54,065 nucleotides of DNA from Gekko japonicus (Eukaryota), in the NCBI RefSeq assembly GCF_001447785.1, contig NW_015165302.1, forward strand, positions 186,001-240,065, given 5' to 3'. Made by a program: the position numbers and the translations under genes. Positions 47,979 to 54,065 of the stretch are shown piece by piece. Each line of letters opens with the position of its first letter. The first letter of the stretch is position 1. The notes beneath the pieces were generated by a model. It saw only the letters and a program-made list of their open reading frames with translations. It did no database searches and was not told where the DNA came from.

Positions 47979-48177
47979 CGGCGGCGAAAGGGTGGCTGGC
48001 CGGTGGCGTCCAGGCGATGGAGCTCCGGGGGTAGGAGAGGGCGGGCAAGGAGGCGGCCAGCTGGTGACTCCCGGTGGCCCGCAGGCCGGGGAAGTAGAAG
48101 GAGTCGGCGGAGGAGGAGGAGGGCAGGTTCAGGAGGGAGCCCACGTAGCCCGGCCGGCAGAGGCTGCGGTCGCACAT
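47979..48177 (-). CDS. HOXD12: Hoxd12 exon 1, 5' part (remainder in gap 47302-47978)
   Basis: [33 protein letters not shown]...LPALSYPR. Confidence 0.93.
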
Positions 48178-48629
48178 GGCCCGCAAAGGGCGCTCCGGCC
48201 GGCCTCGGCGGCGGCGGCAGCGGCAGAGGCAGCGGTCTTGAACAGCAGCCGGGAATCAGCTGCGAAAGCCCGGCCTGGTCCGACGAGGAGATCCTTCCGA
48301 AGCCACCATCTCCGGGCACCCGCCGCTTCCAGCCGCTGGGCCCGCTCTGCCAGACGGAGTCCGGGAGAACTTCTGGAAATGTTCAGAGAGACCCAACCCG
48401 CCCGGTTCAAGCCTTCAGCCTGCACCACGGCGCCGCTTCCTGCTCCCTCCCTGTCAGCGTCGATTAAGATTGGCTCGACGTTTTCTGCCTCCATCATGGC
48501 TCCCCGCATTGTCCTGAATTGTTCCGAGAGTTGGTGAAGTCCCGCTGTCGGTGCGCGGGACACCCTGCCCGCCTCTCACGGCCTGGGCGCGCTCCCGCCC
48601 TCTCGCTGACAAAAAAACTCCAAACTCTT

Positions 48630-48735
48630 CTGTACTGCACTGTGCTTTGCTCAACTGTGCTATATATACTAACTACGCTGTACTGTACTACACTACGCTA
48701 CGCTACACTGCACTATACTATACAGCTCCATACAG
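48630..48735. repeat. Degenerate pentanucleotide microsatellite (ACTRY)n
   Basis: actgc actgt ... actac gctgt actgt actac actac gctac gctac actgc actat actat. Confidence 0.8.
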
Positions 48736-50361
48736 ATAGCTATATATTTCTTAGAAACTGTAGTGTAGTAAGTATTATATTACAATATATTGTCTAAAGG
48801 TGTAGTAGATTCTGTTTTGACTCTCTTTCTCCCCCCCCCCCCAAACGCCCTGATCAACATTTGTGTCTGTTCAAGCCCGAGCCCGTTCTATAAACCAAGG
48901 GCGTATTAAGGGGCAATCGAACAAGGCACATTTCGGCTATGTTGATTGTCCTCAGGTTGCGTAGCAAGGGAAAGTCAATAGCGGCTCCGTTTGGACTTAG
49001 AGACTGAAGTTCTCCACATTCCCTACTATCTGGTTACCAGTGCTTGAATATCTCACATCTCAAGGTGAAATCCCAAAACTGGTTGTTGATTTGGGTCTTA
49101 ATATACTTTAAAGAGATAAGTTTAAAAAAAAAAACTGATGTATTATACAGGTTCTGCCTTATATTTATTATGGTCCACTTTGAATGAATCTAACTCTGTT
49201 TCAGCATAGTATTGCTATTGTTTGGTATTATACTGTTTGTAACCATTCAGCTTCATATGTATTGTGTGTATGGTTCAACTTAGTTAAAATCGAAATACTA
49301 GTTAGCATGCCTATAGTTAAAGTTAGTCTGAAAAACTAATAAAAATGTTCATCCCTGAAATTCTGCAGGCCTCAAAGGTGTCAGAGCAAACAGAAATGTA
49401 AAGCGTGTACCGGAAAAAATAAAATAAAAAAGAAGTTGCGGTGGTTCTGATATGTATTTGCGCCGTTGATAGATAAGGTCGTTATTAGGGCAGTTAGAAG
49501 TGTCGCCGCTTGCAAGGTGGTCTCTGTGATCCTCAGAAAGGCCCCGAAGTGCCGGCCAGCGGCTCTCCAGCCGTCTCGTGGAAATAAACCGACTCCCAGG
49601 TCCGAAGCAGCGGGGCAGAGGGTGCGTTTTACCCTCGCAGCTCCTAACCGATCGTGTTGTGCTTTGTTAGAGACAGATTCCAACCATTGTAAAACTGTGA
49701 CTTTTCATCTCTTTCCAATAATAATTTTAAAAAGCTTTAAATCTGAAGTGTAAGCAATTTCCCCCCTCCTGTCTCTGACTCGTCCTCTGTAAGACGATCT
49801 ACAGGATATTGCCCTCGTCTCCCTTTCATTGAACGACTCGCCGTCTACTCGAGAACCTTCCTCTTCGCACTCCCCGTGACATTCCCTCGCCGGCTCATCC
49901 ACACGAGCGCCGCATTCCCGGCTCTGTCCGAAATCGGATTCCCTCCGGTTGAGGCCAAGACCGAGGCTCGTCTCTTTGCAAGGCCTGCTGCCGACCCCGC
50001 TGGCTGAAAGCCCCGTGGCTGCCCACGCCGGCGGACGGTGGCGCGGGGCCCGCGGGCCAGGGTTGCCCCGCGGCAGAGAGTGCGAGGCACCAAGGCCAGT
50101 CACGACTGCCCCGCGGACAGACCTCCTGAGCCAGACGCTTCTCCGGGCAGACACCAGGCTAGAGAGGAACGAAGGGGTGGGGACTGCTGGCGGGCATCGG
50201 CTTTCCGAGGGGGCCAGAAAGTCATCAGGCGCAATGGAAAGAAAGGGAACTGGGGCCTTTCGCTCCCACCCCCCACCCCCAAATAATCCCCTTTCCACCC
50301 ACTTTCAGTGCACTTTTCAACTAGATTGTGCCAGTTCACACAGTCAGATCCAGTGGGAGAG

Positions 50362-50822
50362 TGTTGGGTGATAGTGAGATATTGAAAAAAAATGGTATTT
50401 AGCAGAGATAATATAGCCCAGCAGAGCCTGAGTAAAATAATTCAGACTGAGAGTCCATGTGTGATTAAAATATAAAGGTTTTTTTTTTACTAAATTCTAG
50501 CATGGGAAGGGTAACTGGGATGAAAATAACAAAAGAGCTTAGTCGCTACATCCTTACACTACAAAGACAAAAGTAGAAGAGAGAGATTATGGCTGCTCTT
50601 CTTCTCCAGAACACCAAACAAAGACGGGAAGAGAAGCCATAAAATGCTAATACACCTTGACACTTTAGTCCCAATCGAATTCCTGGATCAGGGAGAAAAT
50701 TCCCAGGCATCCTACAGCTAAAGAACATTGGTTACATGAGAAACATGTGACTTCCTTTGAGTAACATAAACAAACATTTAACCCCAGATATACTGAGTGT
50801 TTTCAACTTGTAATACCCAACA
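50362..50822 (-). mobile_element. Solo LTR of a copia-type retrotransposon
   Basis: TG...CA ends with the terminal inverted repeat TGTTGGGT/ACCCAACA; 5-bp TSD gagag (50357-50361, 50823-50827); similar to the LTR at 51289-51635. Confidence 0.88.
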
Positions 50823-50940
50823 GAGAGTGCCCTGAGAGTGGGTGGAAAGTGGATTATTTAGGGTGTGCGAGGGCAGCCTGAATCTCTCCTGGCACACTTA
50901 CCTTGATTGAATGACCCGTCCTCCGGGTGTTAGGCCCGAA

Positions 50941-51028
50941 AGAAGTGTGTGCCGCTCACAAAAGCTTATCCCCCAGAATTAAATTTTGTTGGTCTTAAAG
51001 GTGCCAGCTGGACTCGAACTTTGTTCTG
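50941..51028 (+). mobile_element. Penelope-like fragment with a decayed hammerhead
   Basis: gaagtgtg...cacaaaagcttat...ttgttggtcttaaaggtgcca.ctggactc matches the nested fragment at 6931-7013; a further scrap lies at ~51200-51282. Confidence 0.6.
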
Positions 51029-51649
51029 ATCCGAAAGAAGTTCATCCGTGTTCAGTGGGCCTCATTCCAGGGGAAACCAGCACAAGACCGCAGCTTTGCT
51101 ACTTCCGCGCACTCTCTCCGATCAGTCGCAGGCACCGGTCCGGGAGCCCTTCAGGGACCAGAGTTCCAGGGTGGAAGTGTCGGAAGTCACGGCTCCCTTG
51201 ACAGCCGAGGAGTTTTGACTCTGGAGAGTTTAAACCCCTCCCCCCCCAAATCTTGCTGGTCTCTAAGCTGCTGCTGGACTCGTCTTTTTGAGTAAGTCAG
51301 CAGAGTATTAAGAGACTGAGTCCATGGTGTGTTTTAAAATATACAAGTTTACTATAAACCTAACATGGGAAAAAGGTACACAGGATATAAAAATAACAAA
51401 GAGCTACATCCTTGCAGCTAAAAGGTAAAACGGGAAGAGACGAAGAACAAAGAACGGGAGGAGAAGCCAATATGCTAAATACTTTACACCTTGGTTTCCA
51501 ATCAGACTAGCAAATTAGCTCCAAAGTTCCTGGGCATCCTATTGTCTAAACAGATTGGTTACAAACAAACATGTGACTTAACAAACATTATTAACCCTGT
51601 AAATACTGAAGTGTTTTGACTTGTAACACCCAACACCCCTTCTCAAGTT

Positions 51650-52790
51650 ACAACGCTGAAGTCATGCAAGTTCAGTCTTTCACTGAGAGTCTCAAACTTC
51701 TTCTCGAGTGGCTTGTTGAATATGTCTGCGATCATCTCCTCAGTAGGGCAGTATTGGAGTTCAATCAGTCCTTGGTCTTGCAGGTCTTTCACATAGTTAC
51801 ATTTGAGAGCGATGGTCTTACTCTTGGATTTGGTGCTCTCACCTTTGCAGATAGCGATGCAAGCTTGATTGTCTTTGGTTAATCTATTCCAAAGTCTTTC
51901 AGTAGATGAATAATCCAGTAACTGGTTTGGAATGTTTCATTCCCACAGATTCAATAAAGTCCATGATCTTTTGCTTTTGGCTCAAAAGAAAATTTCCATC
52001 CTCAGTTCTTTCAATTTGTATTCCAAGGTAGTACTTTATGGTTCCTAATTGCTTCACTTCAACTTCTTTGTTGAGTTCATCCACTATTTCTTGTACATCT
52101 CCTTGGTCTTGACAACAAATAACCAAGTCGTCAATGTAAAGATGTATTGATATTGTCCATTTTTAAGTCTTGAGAACAAGCAAGGTTCTGCTGTTCCTTG
52201 TTGAAAGTTCTGTTTTTGTAACAGCTTAGTCAGTTTGTCATTCCATGCTTTAGAAAACTTCCATACTCAGTTCTTTCAATTTGTATTCCAAGGTAGTACT
52301 TTATGGGTCCTAATTGTTTCACTTCAACTTCTTTGTTCAGTTCATCTGCTATTTCTTGTACATCTCCTTGGTCTTGGCAACAAAAAACTAAGTCGTCAAC
52401 GTAAATAAGTATGTATTGATATTGTCAATTTTTAAGTCTTGAGAACAATCATGGTTCTGCTGTTCCTTGTTGAAAGTTCTGTTTTTGTAACAGCTTAGTC
52501 AGTCATTCCATGCTTTTGCTGCTTGTTTTAATCCATAAACGCTTTTGTTGAGTTTGCACAGTAGGCCTTCTTGTCCTTCGGTTGAAAGTCCTTCTGGTTG
52601 TTCCATGTAGATCTCTTCAGTCAGGTCTCCATTGAGAAAAGCAGTTTTGACATCCAAATGTTCAATATGCATGCCCCTTGAGGCTGCTATGCTTAGAAGT
52701 GTCCTGAAGGGTGTGTAGCTTACAACAGGTGCAAAAGTATCAGAAAAGTCAATTCCAAATGTTTGTGAGAAGCTCTCTGATGCAGGTGGT
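51650..52790 (-). pseudogene. Copia reverse transcriptase and RNase H remnants
   Basis: HLDVKTAFLNGDL.EEIYMEQPEG, LNKSVYGLKQA, YVDD (52392-52403) and YIDD (52127-52138), YLGIQI; RNase H C-terminus YCPTEEMIADIFNKPL. Confidence 0.92.
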
Positions 52791-52884
52791 TGATTGACTT
52801 CCTTCCAGGTAGGTTCCTTCACTGGAATTGCACAAATTCCATATCTTGGTGGTGGTACTCCTTTGTTACTTCTTGCTGATTGTC

Positions 52885-54063
52885 TCACAGTGGTTGGTTC
52901 CCCTTCTTTTGGCGCAGCCTCTCCTGGTTCCCCTTCTGAGCTGGAACTCTCTTGTGGAGATGGACCTGCCTGTTCACAGGTGGTCTCTGCAGATTACCAA
53001 GCGAACAAGTTGTTGAAGGGGACTTCTGTAGATTCCTGAGTTGCACTGTGGACTCAGCTGGCTTAGAAGTTTGTAGGATGTTGCTTTCATCAACATGTAC
53101 CACATTGCATTCCTTAACTGTGCAAGTTTTAAGGTCTAGGATTCTGTAGCCTCTTCCTCCAAGAGCGTATCCCACGAGGATACCAAGCTCTGCTCTTGCG
53201 TCAAGTTTGCCCCTTCTCTCTTTTGGTACGTGGGCATAGAATTTAGATCCAAAGGCTTTTATGTGTTTAAGTCCAGGCACCCTATTATGCCCTAATTCAA
53301 AAGGACTTTTATTTGTAGTTTTTGATGGAACTCTATTATGAAGTTAAATGACTGTATTGACTGCTTCAGCCCAAATATTTTCTGAAAGTCCAGATTGCGT
53401 TAACATAGAATGTGCCATTTCTTGAATGGTTCTGTTTAAACATTCTGCATTTCCATTTTGTTGTGGTGAATAGGGAATTGTAGTCTTATGTACAATTCCT
53501 TCTTGTTGCACAAATCTTTGGACCTCCCCGCCACAGTACTCTGTGCCATTATCTGTAAACAGTACCTCTGGCACTTTTCCAAACTTGTTTTTAACAGCTG
53601 CAACATAGCATTTAAACTTTTCAAGCACTTGATCTTTGCTTTTAAGTAGGTATGTGTAGACATATCTGGATTTTGCTTCCATAAAACTGACAAAATACTT
53701 GCTGCCTCCAGCAGACTCCTTTATTGGACCAACAAGATCTGGGTACACAATCTCTAGAAACTTTGTATTTTGTTCTGGAGATTTGCCCTTGTAGCTAGGA
53801 GCTGTGCCTTTTGCTTTAAAGCAGGTTTCACAACCATTTTTCATAGCATCACAATCAACAGCATTGATATTACAGTCCTTCAACAGCTTTTGTATACTTT
53901 GCACACTCCTATGAGCAAACTTTACATGCCATGCATAGAAGCAGTCCTTGTGATCACATGCAGATGATTTTGTATGGTACACTGGCCCATTAGTGTCCAT
54001 TTCATCATCACTAGCAACAGCAATGTCTCTTAGATAATGACAATTTTCATGTTCTTCAATCAT
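52885..54063 (-). pseudogene. Copia integrase (zinc-binding pre-IN, DDE core, SH3-like tail)
   Basis: WHVKFAH...CETC; DLVGP, TDNGTEY, QQNGNAE; then FGSKFYAHVPKERRGKLDARAELGILVGY after a premature stop. Confidence 0.93.
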
Positions 54064-54065
54064 TA

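Larger units (their letters stand above)
51289..54065 (-). mobile_element. Degenerate Ty1/copia LTR retrotransposon (3' part; continues beyond the window)
   Basis: Domain order IN-RT-RNaseH; polypurine tract GAGAAGGGG abutting the 3' LTR (51635 to ~51289, left boundary uncertain); stops, frameshifts, deletions and an internal duplication. Confidence 0.95.

Noticed and set aside
11394-48467. Long X-containing ORFs
   Set aside because: Artefacts of N gaps.

Overview
Vertebrate HoxD cluster segment, all genes on the minus strand. From left to right: Hoxd8, Hoxd9, Hoxd10, Hoxd11 and Hoxd12, each with two exons and GT-AG introns. Hoxd9 (358 aa) and Hoxd10 (361 aa) are complete. Exon 1 of Hoxd8, Hoxd11 and Hoxd12 is interrupted by assembly gaps. 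Hoxd4/mir-10b should lie left of the window and Hoxd13 right of it; neither is visible. The transposon invasion of the cluster, the repeat families and an open-frame Hoxd12 point to a lizard, plausibly a gecko (inference). Mobile DNA is concentrated at the two flanks. Left (about 2-8.4 kb): three copies of a hAT-type MITE and a palindromic, nested Penelope-like element with minimal hammerhead-ribozyme motifs. Right (50-54 kb): a solo LTR, Penelope scraps and a decayed Ty1/copia element. Most notable hidden structure: (1) hammerhead motifs inside the Hox cluster; (2) an orphan Hox-type promoter with a splice donor and no gene at ~3.5-4.1 kb; (3) a Hoxd10 overlapping uORF resembling the HOXA10 N-terminal extension but one base short; (4) an accelerated Hoxd12 homeodomain; (5) lineage-specific poly-Gly and poly-Ala tracts. 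Comparisons with human/chicken sequences are from memory and need alignment. Most ORFs in the supplied track are spurious.
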